Origin: Ylistrum balloti
Lineage: Eukaryota
Reading direction: 5' to 3'
NCBI RefSeq assembly: GCF_031769215.1
Contig: NW_026781974.1
Location: forward strand, 1,364,001-1,428,000
Length of the DNA stretch: 64,000 bases
Below the pieces are notes generated by a model, which did no database searches, was not told the origin of the DNA, and worked only from the letters and a program-made list of their open reading frames with translations. Both the position numbers and the translations under genes were made by a program. Positions within the stretch are counted from its first letter, which is position 1; every line of letters begins with the position of its first letter. Below, one piece after another: positions 51,946 to 64,000 of this stretch.

Positions 51946-52001
51946 CATTTTTATGTATTAATAAATCATGTTCCAAAAATCTAGGTCGAAGTGATCCAGT
52001 C
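51946..52001 (-). other. Candidate 56-nt exon with strong splice sites, role unresolved
   Basis: Acceptor CTTTTGGTCTTTTACAG|G, donor ATG|GTAAGA. The one open frame (TGSLRPRFLEHDLLIHKN, phase 2 in, phase 1 out) is not directly compatible with 50144 or 43669. Confidence 0.3.
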
Positions 52002-52814
52002 CTGTAAAAGACCAAAAGTTGATGGTTTCTACATCAACATCTACACACAATGTAACCGAGCACTTAACACAGCTGCGTCCTCTATGACATCATCAATTTA
52101 GAAGACCACAAGATATACTGCAGAGGATAATAGTCTTCTGCGGAATAAAAAAGTGATTTGAAGGCCTCTGTGGCGGAGGAGAGAAGATACCAAGGCTAGC
52201 GAAGGTGTACAGGAACATTGCCTCTATTCATTATTCATTCCGCCTGTTGTTCTAGCATTTGGCAATAATTCCTGGACACCCCCATTCTGTAAACTCCCAT
52301 GGAGTTTGATATAGTGCTACAATTAAACTCTGACTAGGACGGCTGTCAAACCTTCGTGACAAACTGTATAGAATGCTCCCAGTTTTCCTCAATACAATCA
52401 CATTATTTCCTTCTTATAGATTTGTCTATGTATAAAGGAAATGTGAAACATGCTAACCAAAGACTTTTTTCCATGATAGGTTCTTCTGAACATTGACATG
52501 CAAAATTGCTTTCTTACAATTTCAGTAAAAAAGAAGCTTGCATGACACAATTAAGAAGAAGAAGAGTCTCCAGTATTTGATAATAATCAAATTACCTTGC
52601 CTCCTTCATACATATGTAGATATATCTTTCTAAGAAACAACAAGTGGGTAGTCAGGATATCAAGCAAATTAAATCCAATTCTCCTTTGGGATAGAAACAT
52701 GCATTACTTCATTGGTGTTAATCTATTTATGAACATCACTGCCTACATCGTCATTTAATAGATTAAAAACCATGTACAGCTGACTATCACATTTAAACTG
52801 CAATTAACCCAGGA

Positions 52815-53700
52815 GACCAACACATTACTTTTTATCGAAATCAGGGGCAAGGGGGCTTGGGCTTATAACAGGACAATAAGCCACTGGGACCAACACATTA
52901 CTTCTGATCAAAATCAGGGGGGAGGGGGCTTGAGCTTATAACAGGACAATATACTCCTGATCAAAATCAGGGGGGAGGGGGCTTGAGCTTATAACAGGAT
53001 AATAAGCCACTAGGACCAACAAATTACTCCTGATCAAAATCAGTGGGGGTGGGGGGGGGGGGGGGGGGGGGGGGGGAGGGGGCTTGAGCTTATAACAGGA
53101 CAATAAGCCACTGGGACCAACACATTACTTCTGATCAAAATCAGGGGGAGGGGGCTTGAGCTTATAACAGGACAATAAGCCAGTGGTACCAACACATTAC
53201 TCCTGATCAAACTCTGGGGGGAGGGGGCTTGAGCTTATAACAGGACAATAAGCCACTGGGACCAACACATTACTTCTGATCAAAATCAGGGGGAGGGGGC
53301 TTGAGCTTATAACAGGACAATAAGCCAGTGGTACCAACACATTATTCCTGATCAAAATCAGGGGGGAGGGGGCTTGAGCTTATAACAGGACAATAAGCCA
53401 CTGGGACCAACACATTACTTCTGATCAAAATCAGGGGGAGGGGGCTTGAGCTTATAACAGGACAATAAGCCACTGGGACCAACACATTACTTCTGATCAA
53501 AATCAGTGGGGGTGGGGGGGTGGCTTGAGCTTATAACAGGACAATAAGCCACTGGGACCAACACATTACTTCTGATCAAAATCAGGGGGAGGGGGCTTGA
53601 GCTTATAACAGGACAATAAGCCAGTGGTACCAACACATTACTCCTGATCAAAATCAGGGGGGAGGGGCATTGAGCTTATAACAGGACAATAAGCCAAGGA
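52815..53700. repeat. Minisatellite, about 72-bp unit with a variable G-tract, about 12 copies; one tract expanded to 26 G (53051-53076)
   Basis: Unit CCACTGGGACCAACACATTACTTCTGATCAAAATCAGGGGGAGGGGGCTTGAGCTTATAACAGGACAATAAG. Confidence 0.95.
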
Positions 53701-54199
53701 GATCAACATATTACTTATTACATATTACAGACACTGATGGACTTAGCAAGGAGATTATATATCAGTTATGAATATGTATATTGCTCAAATATGGTCATAT
53801 TTCTCCAGATCTAATGCCTCAATCATGTATTGACCAAATATGGGCAGAAGACATTTATACAGAGAATGCCTGAATCACACTTTTATAAACACAATGTTAC
53901 ATCACAAATTCATCAATATCTCTGCGGCAGACATTTAACAGTTATTTTATCGTTCCTAACACAGTAAAAGCTCCATTGTCTACACCACTTGTTCTGCTAT
54001 CTTAATTATCATTAAAAGTCTGTTGATAACAAGACATGAAACCTTTCCCATGCAAACAGCAATAAAAGATGTAAAAAGACAAAATGAAAATGATCCATTC
54101 TTTCAGCTTGTTGAGTCGTTGGTTTTGTGATGATGAATATCTTGTATGAGTTCACATGGAGACACTGAGATTTTTTTTCCAGTAATTCACTGGAGGTTT

Positions 54200-55715
54200 A
54201 ATGGATTTTACCCCTACTCCCTCCCTATCACCAACATGTTCATAACAGTGACTTTTTACCTCTACTCCCTCCCTATCAACAACATGTTCATAACAGTGAC
54301 TTTTTACCCCTACTCCCTCCCTATCACCAACATGTTCATAACAGTGACTTTTTACCTCTACTCCCTCCCTATCACCAACATGTTCATAACAGTGACTTTT
54401 TACCTCTACTCCCTCCCTATCACCAACATGTTCATAACAGTGACTTTTTACCTCTACTCCCTCCCTATCACCAACATGTTCATAACAGTGACTTTTTACC
54501 TCTACTCCCTCCCTATCACCAACATGTTCATAACAGTGACTTTTTACCTCTACTCCCTCCCTATCACCAACATGTTCATAACAGTGACTTTTTACCTCTA
54601 CTCCCTCCCTATCACCATGTTCATAACAGTGACTTTTTAACCCCTACTCCCTCCCTATCACCAACATGTTCATAACAGTGACTTTTTTACTCCCTACTCC
54701 CTCCCTATCACCAACATGTTCATAACAGTGACTTTTTACCTCTACTCCCTCCCTATCACCATGTTCATAACAGTGACTTTTTACCTCTACTCCCTCCCTA
54801 TCACCATGTTCATAACAGTGACTTTTTACCTCTACTCCCTCCCTATCACCAACATGTTCATAACAGTGACTTTTTACCTCTACTCCCTCCCTATCACCAA
54901 CATGTTCATAACAGTGACTTTTTACCTCTACTCCCTCCCTATCACCAACATGTTCATAACAGTGACTTTTTACCCCTACTCCCTCCCTATCACCAACATG
55001 TTCATAACAGTGACTTTTTACCTCTACTCCCTCCCTATCACCAACATGTTCATAACAGTGACTTTTTACCTCTACTCCCTCCCTATCACCAACATGTTCA
55101 TAACAGTGACTTTTTACCTCTACTCCCTCCCTATCACCAACATGTTCATAACAGTGACTTTTTACCTCTACTCCCTCCCTATCACCAACATGTTCATAAC
55201 AGTGACTTTTTACCTCTACTCCCTCCCTATCACCAACATGTTCATAACAGTGACTTTTTACCCCTACTCCCTCCCTATCACCAACATGTTCATAACAGTG
55301 ACTTTTTACCTCTACTCCCTCCCTATCACCAACATGTTCATAACAGTGACTTTTTACCTCTACTCCCTCCCTATCACCAACATGTTCATAACAGTGACTT
55401 TTTACCTCTATACTCCCTCCCTATCACCAACAGTTCATAACAGTGACTTTTTACCTCTACTCCCTCCCTATCACCAACATGTTCATAACAGTGACTTTTT
55501 ACCTCTACTCCCTCCCTATCACCAACATGTTCATAACAGTGACTTTTTACCTCTACTCCCTCCCTATCACCAACATGTTCATAACAGTGACTTTTTACCT
55601 CTACTCCCTCCCTATCACCAACATGTTCATAACAGTGACTTTTTACCCCTACTCCCTCCCTATCAACATGTTCATAACAGTGACTTTTTACCCCTTCTCC
55701 CTCCCTATCACCAAA
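54200..55715. repeat. Minisatellite, 48-bp unit CCCTATCACCAACATGTTCATAACAGTGACTTTTTACCTCTACTCCCT, about 31 copies
   Basis: Gives the 16-aa periodic pseudo-ORFs at 54146-55741. Confidence 0.97.
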
Positions 55716-57634
55716 ACAGACACATAACAGTAGAGATATAACGGTATCTGGATATGCTACATGTATGAATTTAACTTCTTTACTGGCCTCTAAGTTCTAC
55801 TGACATCAGAACATGTAAAATGTGTGGTAAACAACAAAACTGCTAATTTTATCTGAAGTCCATCTATAAAAGGTATCCTACATAAACACAGACACTAATT
55901 GAGGAACAGGTGTCCTGGTAATGATGCTCCCTCTCCCCTGTCACAATGGCTGCTCCCTAACAATGATACCCTATTAAACAGACTGCTCCCTTACAATTGT
56001 ATCAAGCCATCCACATCAGCAGGTAGACAGGAACAACTGTTCAGACTCACTGACCAGAAATTAACCTAGAGTCTAAACCACCATGCCAAATTTACAACAC
56101 CTAAACCACATATACTAAAACTAACATCTATATTTAACATCCCCAATCTCTTCATCCATTTCCACATGCAGTCACAATCCATACTGTTACACAGACAACT
56201 ATAGCTAAGTAAAAAACATATAGTTAACCATATTTCATAAAACCAGCTTATCAACACCAACATAGCTGTATCTACATGTAAGACACAGTAGATCTATTCC
56301 TTTACCACCTGATGAGAAACCTCACTATGTAGCTGTAACCACCCATGTGTTGTGTGATCAGACAAATTATTTATTACCTCACCTCATCAATCAAAACCAG
56401 GAGATCCCTGACTTTGAAGTCTGGTGCTACAATGATGGTTTTTACTATTAACTGGAAAGCAGGTCATACATACCTTACAGGCTACCAGTAAAACATTAGC
56501 ACCTGGCTAATATTCACGCATAATACCTAAGAAGTGTAAGTCAGGTCTACATTATTTATAACAACGTAAACATAAATGGTAAGCCTCTAGATTACTGACA
56601 TCCTCTCTTTACTTACAAATGGTGGTTAATAGAGCCAAAATTTTCACAAGCACTTGACCAGAAATATCAGCACACATCACATGACCTTGGCCCAATTAGC
56701 CCCAAACTCTTTAGAGTCTTCAGAAACCAGAGTTATGGGTGAGGTGGTAGATGTTACAAAGGTATAACTACTGCTGGTTATTGTGACAGTTCCCTATCAC
56801 AAAGAATTTCTTTGATGTTCTAATCTTCACTTGTTTATAAATAACAAGTTGTGAATCATTTTTGTACAAATGGTCATTTTATACTATGACCTATGACCTT
56901 TAGAATCCTTTGACCTTTTCTTATTTTTATATGCAGTTTCCAAAGAGGTTAACATAAAAAGTCGCAACAACCATAAATTACAGCCTGGAGACCAACGACA
57001 AGCATGTTGTTCAAAAATAGTCATGATAATTTCATCCGCTGAAGATAAACCTGTGACAAAATGCAGAAAAAATCAAATAACAAAATCCCAAAACGAGTAC
57101 AAACTATTCTTTCTCCAGCATTAGTTTCATGGATTCTCAATACAAAGACATTTTCTTAAAACTGAGGAAGGTCTTACAGATTTGAAAGAAAATACTGATA
57201 AGGCTTTCCTACCTATATTTTTTTTAAAATCTCTATTTGTGATATTTAAGCCAGTTATTTATAAGTCAACCTGTGTTAAAGAACAGTGTTTTTCTACCTT
57301 AATTTCTCAGCTGTTTACACCTGTACACATTTGAAAAATAGAGTTACATTTTCTTAGAAATTGGGAAGATGTTCTTAATCTTTCCTATATTTAACACAGG
57401 GGGGTGGAGGCACAATGTCCCACAATAGAAAAATTCAAGGTTTTCTCCCTAGGGCTGCCATGGATACCGAAAGGTATACAAGAGTCCTTACTAGATAAAA
57501 GGGGCTGCTCGTGTTGTCATCACTCTTGACACACATTTCCTATATTTAAATAACACTTCCCGACCAAGGGAAACTGCATTTTTCTACTGTAACCCTGCAT
57601 GACAAAACTATCACTGACCACCTACCAGTGATGA

Positions 57635-57836
57635 TATTTTGTAACAATCCTATCCCTGACTTTGACTTTGACTGTAACAATCCCATCCCTGACTTTGACT
57701 TTGACTGTAACAATCCCACTCCTGACTTTGACTTGGCCTGTAACAATCCAAACCCCTGACTTTGACTTGGCCTGTAACAATCCAAACCCCTGACTTTGAC
57801 TTGGCCTGTAACAATTCCCCTTTGACTTTGACTTGA
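57635..57836. repeat. Minisatellite, 34-35-bp unit TGTAACAATCCAAACCCCTGACTTTGACTTGGCC, about 6 copies
   Basis: Directly visible. Confidence 0.9.
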
Positions 57837-59059
57837 TGATGGAGTATTGAGGGGCAGTAAATTTATAACCTTCATATATTACACAAAGAATTGTCAACAC
57901 ATTTAATTCCTGTGCTTTTTTCTATGTAAGAAAGACATATTCTGTTACAAAAAATATAATTGGCTGCTACTGATCATGTAAAGAAAATTTCAGATTATTG
58001 TGAACCAATTACATAATCAGCTAAATACACTGTTGTGTCATCACTACACTGATAATATTGTTTGCCAATTATGACAAATTTAATATGTTTTGAAAACACG
58101 CCTTTGTACTGATGCGTTTGATATACTCAGTGATATTGTCACATATATGTAATGATTCTGTGGTAACTTGTACCCAATACCAATTGTGTTACCAAAGATG
58201 ATCGATATCATTTCACTTGACATGCCAGTCTGGCCACCAAATTCTGGTAGTGTACATTTAATCATCCTTGTGCCATTGTACAGCTAAAACCCAGTATCTC
58301 CAGCAGGAGTCATACTGGAATACCCGCATCAGACAAATAAAGACTATACCTTTAGACCCCAAGGGACCTCTTCTGGGCAGGCCTGATATATCCCAGTCTG
58401 CTCCAGAAACCCTGGATGAATATGACAGTATGTACAAGACTATCAGAATCAAAGAGGCAATTTCGTGACATCTGAACATCTGGTTTGATGGTGAAATAGG
58501 GGACACAACCCCCTGACACTGAACCAACCAGCAGGGTTCAGAATGTTCCAAATCCCTACTTAAGTCATCTATCCTCTATACAAATTATTGCAAGAGTAAA
58601 ATCACGGGAAAATTTAAGTCAGAAAACACCAAGCATACTAGACCTCTTATTTAACAGAGATAGATCAATATTTCTTTTACAAATTTCATCTCTACTTTTT
58701 AACATGGATCAGGTTTTGCCCAATTAAATTTCAATGCAGCAAATTAAACCAAGATATCATTAATAATAAATGTACAATTGCACTACGAAGTTTTAGTTTG
58801 AATGACACCAACATCACTTAAAAGTTTGACAGGGTTAGTTAAAATCATAGCAGGCACCACAATGACCTTTGTTGACCTGTAGTTCATGTCAAACATCACA
58901 ACGCCATACATGGGAAGTCTACACTTGTAACACCTAATTGATACTTAATTACTGTTACATCTATATATAGACACTGGATGTATCAGCATGTACTGGTACA
59001 CATGACATCCTCCCCCCCACCACCTCCCTCTCCCCAAATATTGTCTGGGACAATTTCTA

Positions 59060-59830
59060 AATTCATTTCTTGCCAATGAAAGGACCAACCAAAACATTGT
59101 TTTGACAAGAATATCCAAGAAAGAAATCAGCCAATCAGGTAAGAGCACCATGATTAAATAATATGCATGGAATTCACAGTTGATATGAATTGAGTGAGGA
59201 GATTATGTAATAAGCTTACCAAGCAAGTCTCATCAAAATTAATTTGTTCCTTCAAAAGATAACAAGCGGAAAACATTCAGTAAGGGTGCTGAAAATTATC
59301 AGCCAATCAGGTCACAGCAGCCATATTCAATATTTGCAGAATTTGACATTAATCGAACTTTGGCAATGGGTTAAGGTAACAAGTCTACCAAGCAAGTCTC
59401 ATCATAATTCATTTGTTTCTCCAAAAGATAACATGCCTAAAGCATTCACTAAGATATCAGCCAATCAGGTCACAGCAGTCTCATAAAATATGCATGGAAT
59501 TTGCCGAAAATCGAACCTGAACAAGAAATTAAGGTAATAAGTCTATAAAGCAAGTTTCCTAAAAATCTTATCATTCCTTCAAAAGATAATGCGCAGAAAG
59601 CATTTTCATTGAGTGATAAAAGAAATCAGCCAATCAGGTCACAGCAGCCTCATTAAATATGCAAGGATTTTGCCATTAATCAGATTTGGGCAAGGGATTA
59701 AGTTAACAAGTGAACTTACCAAGTTTCATCAAAATTCGACAAAGTCCTTCAAAAGACATCATGTAGAAAGCAGCATCCAGACGTACAGAAGGATGGACAG
59801 ACAGAACCCATTTGAATATTTTATATATAT
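59060..59830. mobile_element. Element with four units of about 160-170 bp containing CAGCCAATCAGGTCACAGCAGCC and ACCAAGTTTCATCAAAATT
   Basis: CAGCCAATCAGG near 59130, 59300, 59460 and 59630; MITE-like element with an internal satellite-length repeat. Confidence 0.65.
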
Positions 59831-60789
59831 ATATAGGTGGGGGATAATAAAGGGCAGTAACTCTCCTAAATACATATTAAACAGCCATTCAGAAAAACAC
59901 AACTGTGTGATTTAATTAACATCAAATACTTAAATAACACTAAAATCATTAAGGACCAAACACTACAATATTTCCAACCAAATATTACATATCTAAGCCC
60001 CTTGAAGATTATATTCAAGACCAAATTATAGAAATATACAGCTTATAAAGGACCAAAATCTACAAATTTATGTAATCTGAAGTTCATTTCTTGTCCCAAA
60101 CATTGGACATTGCGCTGATAATTGTTTCAGCATTAGAAAAACTATTATTGACATCTTAATCTAAGAAAAAATAAATTACCATGTTCATTATACCATATAG
60201 CTCATCTTATAGCTGCACGGTTCCCTGTCCAAAGATGAACTTCTGCATAGAAAGTCCAGTCTTACACACGGTGTCCAGATAAATATTTAGAAACACAACT
60301 GACTTATCAGCAGACAAAGTTTGATGTGTTCATTGACATACACCAGACTGAGGAAGGGTTGCTCTCTATAGTACTAGGTCAGCTAACATGTTATGGTACA
60401 GACCAATCATGTCTAAAAAAAGATATTCTAAAATACTGATACAGCTGTTGGTGAAGTCTGTTAGGGATTTATTGTCAACTGTTGCTAGACCAATAGTATG
60501 TATTGACATGGCAGCTGAAATGGTTCATGGACCCAAATATTCAGTGTTTTTATAATGAACTTTCTATTTATAGGGTAACCAATAACTAACACAGTGCATA
60601 TGCCATCTTACATTCTAAACCTGTAATCAACATAGAGCATGCTTGAACCTACATGTTAAATTTTGTTACCTGAAAGTGTTTTCTGTACAGACCAGCATTA
60701 TCTGCGTACCACTTCAGATAGTTCTATTCTACACTGAACTGTACTGCTAGAAAGCTGATTCAGTATATATATATTGTATATCCCAGCTA

Positions 60790-60906
60790 GAAAGATTTTC
60801 TCTTTCTCTGTATCGGTTGAGCATCAGAGAGTAAGCCAAAGGTCTCGGGTTCAAATCTTAATGGAGGCATTGAAATAGATTGGAATAAATAATGGCCTTT
60901 GTTACA
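60790..60906 (+). mobile_element. tRNA-derived SINE-like copy 1
   Basis: TCGGTTGAGCATCAGA..GTAAGCCAAAGGTCTCGGGTTCAAATC (A- and B-box-like); tail ends GTTACA. Confidence 0.55.
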
Positions 60907-60914
60907 TTAGCACT

Positions 60915-61076
60915 CAGGGCTCTCACACCCCATTTTGGGACTGGGGCCAGGGGCCCTTAGAATTGGGAAAAATAATGGTGTTTTCCTTAGGATTGGGAAA
61001 ACTTGGGGTCTAAATTGGGAAAAAAAGATACTATTTTGCAATATTCGGCCCAAAATCTGGCAGATCGAGATCCCTG
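60915..61076. mobile_element. Small MITE-like element with CAGGG termini
   Basis: CAGGGCTCTC..GAGATCCCTG imperfect 10-bp TIR; internal TTGGGAAAA repeats; no clear TSD. Confidence 0.4.
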
Positions 61077-61214
61077 GCACGAATGTAGGGACTTGGAAAT
61101 AGTACTTAGTGTTACTTTCACTAGTATTGCTTCAACAGCTGGAAACTCAAAGATGAGTCATTTCCTGGAGGGGGAGAATGCAACCCTGATAAAATACTTG
61201 TCGCACTTCTCTTT

Positions 61215-61320
61215 CGTCAGATTGGTTTAACATTAAACTAGTAAGCCAGAGGTCCTAGGTTCAAATCCTAGCCAAGGCAATAGTTGAAACAACTTTGAAT
61301 ACATAATGACCTCTGTTATA
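61215..61320 (+). mobile_element. tRNA-derived SINE-like copy 2
   Basis: CTAGTAAGCCAGAGGTCCTAGGTTCAAATCC (B-box; AGT anticodon-like loop); tail similar to copy 1. Confidence 0.55.
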
Positions 61321-62050
61321 TATCCTTTGTACAAATAATTTTCACCAATAATGAAATACACTTTACCAGGAATGGAGAGCATCTTTGTTTTCCTTTTTCA
61401 ACATAAATGTAAATTTGTTGAGTAAATCACATTCAAACTTAGCACATACAATATATAGCCTTCATAATTAATATACAGTAGTTAAATCTGTAAGAGTTAG
61501 CTCCCTTAGAATATATAATTTCCCATGATTAGTGTCTCCAATGTTCACAGTCATGTTAACAATTATCAGACTTGTTTTCAACATTCGTTATCAACATCTT
61601 TTACACTTCAAGAAATATTTCTGGTCATGTGATAAAAGTTTGTTTTCACTTCCAAAATAGTGTTATTAAAGCAGCTTACATCCTTAAGTCAATATTACCA
61701 GTCTAGTTTCCTTACAAAACAAATATAACAGTTTTACATCAGTTGTATACAAATAGAAATTTCCAAAATTGTTACCAATACAATTATGAAGGATACAAAC
61801 ATACAAAGAAAATTCCATTCTGACAGCCAGCATACTCTGTTACTACAAGACTGAAAATTTTGATGAAAAACTTCAGTAACCTAACATGCATTTTGACAAT
61901 TGACAAAAATGTTCATGTTGAAGATATTGGGTGAATATTAATACTTCTTACAGATTAATTCCATCTTTGCTGCAACTACTTCCCACCTCCTCCTTCCCCC
62001 TTCCTGAATCAATACCATGACACCATGCATACACAGCATATTATACTTAC

Positions 62051-62116
62051 ATGGCTAAGATCCTGAGATGTCCTAGGATGTTCCGGTGAAGAAACAGTGC
62101 CCTAAACAACACGTCT
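62051..62116 (-). CDS. Candidate 66-nt upstream exon (DVLFRALFLHRNILGHLRILAI), phase 2/2
   Basis: Strong donor CAT|GTAAGT. Only the phase-2 frame is open, and it chains in frame to 50144 and 43669. Acceptor TTGTTATGTAACAG is weak; no homology recognised. Confidence 0.3.
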
Positions 62117-63689
62117 CTGTTACATAACAATGTTACAGCCACAGGCTCATTACAATCAATAATTGACTTGTATCACCAAATATTCCAGTGTCTCATTCTA
62201 CTGCTGGCATCCTTACAACAATCATGCTTTTTCTTCCCAGTGTTCTTCTTCTATTTAATCAATTCCTTGTAAAACACCATGATTTACTTGCAGAAGATAC
62301 CTCGGCAATACTTGAAGATAATGTACAAAAGGAATCCTGATTGGCTAAACATGGTGATTGGGCTTGTTTTATCTGAGCAGTTTGTATTTTCTTTCTCTTT
62401 TTTCATATTATGATAAGAAAGCAATGTAATTGATTTTAGATTCTAGTCATGTTCTTCACATAAAAACGTATTTACAGGCACAATACATAGCATGGGCTCC
62501 TAGATAAAGTCAGAGAAAGCCTGTTTTAGAATCAGACAATGATGAATACATAAGAAAGTGATTACAATTGAAAGAGACTCGTTTTTTCCTCTATAGCTAA
62601 AAATGCTTAGATAAGGAGTTCATCAGCATCTTTACATCCATTTACATCTGAGTTGAGACTAATGGATGTAATCAGTTAGTATTTCAGTCCATAATATTAC
62701 AGCTTTATGACTTAACTGTACATAAGTTACCTCCCTTTGGTTTGTTGCAGTTCAATATAAATAAACATGTAGATTTACTACCATTTATAGCTTGAATACA
62801 CAGCTTGTTAAAAAAGTTAACTTATATTTAAAAGCTTGTTCATCTGATAATATATATTTTTATAACCATTCAAGGAAAACTTAACCATTTTAAGGGAAAT
62901 AACTCTGTAAATGTATTAGGCAGATAGTATACAGCCTTAACGGAAGATACAAAATATATTCACATGGCCAAATAGCACCTCTATCACCCTTGAGCGTAAG
63001 TGTATTTAATTAAAGTTAGCAATTAATAGTTTAATTACTATAAAATCATATGTTTTCATGGGGCCCAAATTTCTTGCGTTTTACAAAAATCTGCATTTTC
63101 CTTCCCACTTGATTTCTCCAATAAATCTTACTAACTTTACCCACTAGTACTATAATCCATGTCAAATTTTATTTGTTTACCATATGTCACCTGCTGACAA
63201 ATAAATCCAAAAGAACAACCAAAAATAATTAATAAAATAAATTCTCCATAAAATTAATCATTATACTGTATAAAAAAGTTTTCTCAACTTTATAAATCTA
63301 CAAAATAAAATACTAAAGACTTCAATCTTTTTGCTTTCAACAACCTCAGCCAGTATGAAATATTGTTTTTTTTTTCTACTTCAAATTCAGATTGTATTTT
63401 CTGTTAGCACATCTCAACACCTTTCATGTGAAACCTTTTCCTTGGAAATAGCTTTGGTGTTTTTATAAGCACACCATACCCTCATTATGCACTATACAAT
63501 GTACAATATACAAACTTGTATCTATGTATACATAGCAAATCTGAATCTGGAACAAAAGATCTCAGAATGATCTTAACTATTGTTTGGTCGTTATTCATAC
63601 TTTTCCCTTTTCTATTCCTTCTTCTGTTCTTGTGATTAATTACTTGAAATTTGAAAATTCCTCTAAGGAATTGAAATAATTACATTGTC

Positions 63690-64000
63690 ACCTCTCTGCC
63701 ATTTAACTTTTTCTGATCATCCAAAAATTAAAAAAAAGGGAAAAACTCAGTGCCGAGGAAAACCTACATATAAAATTTGAAAAATATCTATCTAGTATTT
63801 CTCACAAAAGTGCAACAACAATCTTTCATGGTCAAAATCCAAGATGGCTGCCTGTCAGCCATTTAGTTTATCTGATCAATTTTAAAATCAAAAGGACATA
63901 AAATGGGACCAAGAGGAACATAAAAATAAAATTTGAGAAAGATCCATCCAGTATTAAGAAATTGAGATAAAAACTACCCTTATCAAAATCTGAGATGGCC
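63690..64000 (+). mobile_element. Dispersed repeat copy (AAATCCAAGATGGC family), truncated by the window end
   Basis: Close match to motifs at 16540-16640, 23000 and 38350. Confidence 0.65.

Noticed and set aside
54146-55741. Hydrophobic 16-aa repeat ORFs (YLYSLPITNMFITVTF)
   Set aside because: 48-bp minisatellite; 1-nt and 3-nt indels break or shift the frame; no unique N- or C-terminus.
23300-61320. Functional tRNA genes at about 23310, 44340, 50760, 60810 and 61230
   Set aside because: A/B-box-like motifs are present but acceptor and D stems do not pair; treated as SINE heads.
1-64000. CRISPR-like appearance of the many regular arrays
   Set aside because: All arrays are head-to-tail repeats without unique spacers, there are no cas genes, and the DNA is eukaryotic and intron-rich.

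Overview
AT-rich animal genomic DNA, not prokaryotic. The repeat content suggests a bivalve mollusc (inference). Most of the window is intron of one large minus-strand gene, an IQCJ-SCHIP1 (schwannomin-interacting protein 1) homologue. The best-supported exons are a 1126-nt exon (22677-21552) and an 81-nt phase-2/phase-2 exon about 21 kb upstream (43669-43589). Spliced, they rebuild an IQ calmodulin-binding motif (..YLSHVIT|IQRAWRSYSKRK), and the large exon ends with the SCHIP1-type motif LPQMNWEILGQQL. Weaker candidates are further upstream exons (50115-50144, 51946-52001, 62051-62116), several short alternative first exons, and a possible alternative terminal exon between 3.9 and 20.1 kb. 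I did not find the conserved SCHIP1 C-terminal coiled-coil exons; they probably lie left of position 1. Roughly a fifth of the window (my rough sum, about 13 kb) is more than 25 tandem arrays with 16-80 bp units, plus MITE/HINE-like and tRNA-derived SINE-like repeats. Nearly all other long ORFs in the supplied track are artefacts of these arrays. I found no CRISPR, rRNA or intact tRNA. The most interesting observations concern gene architecture and splice-signal-like repeats; I cannot support a wholly new biological system from sequence alone.
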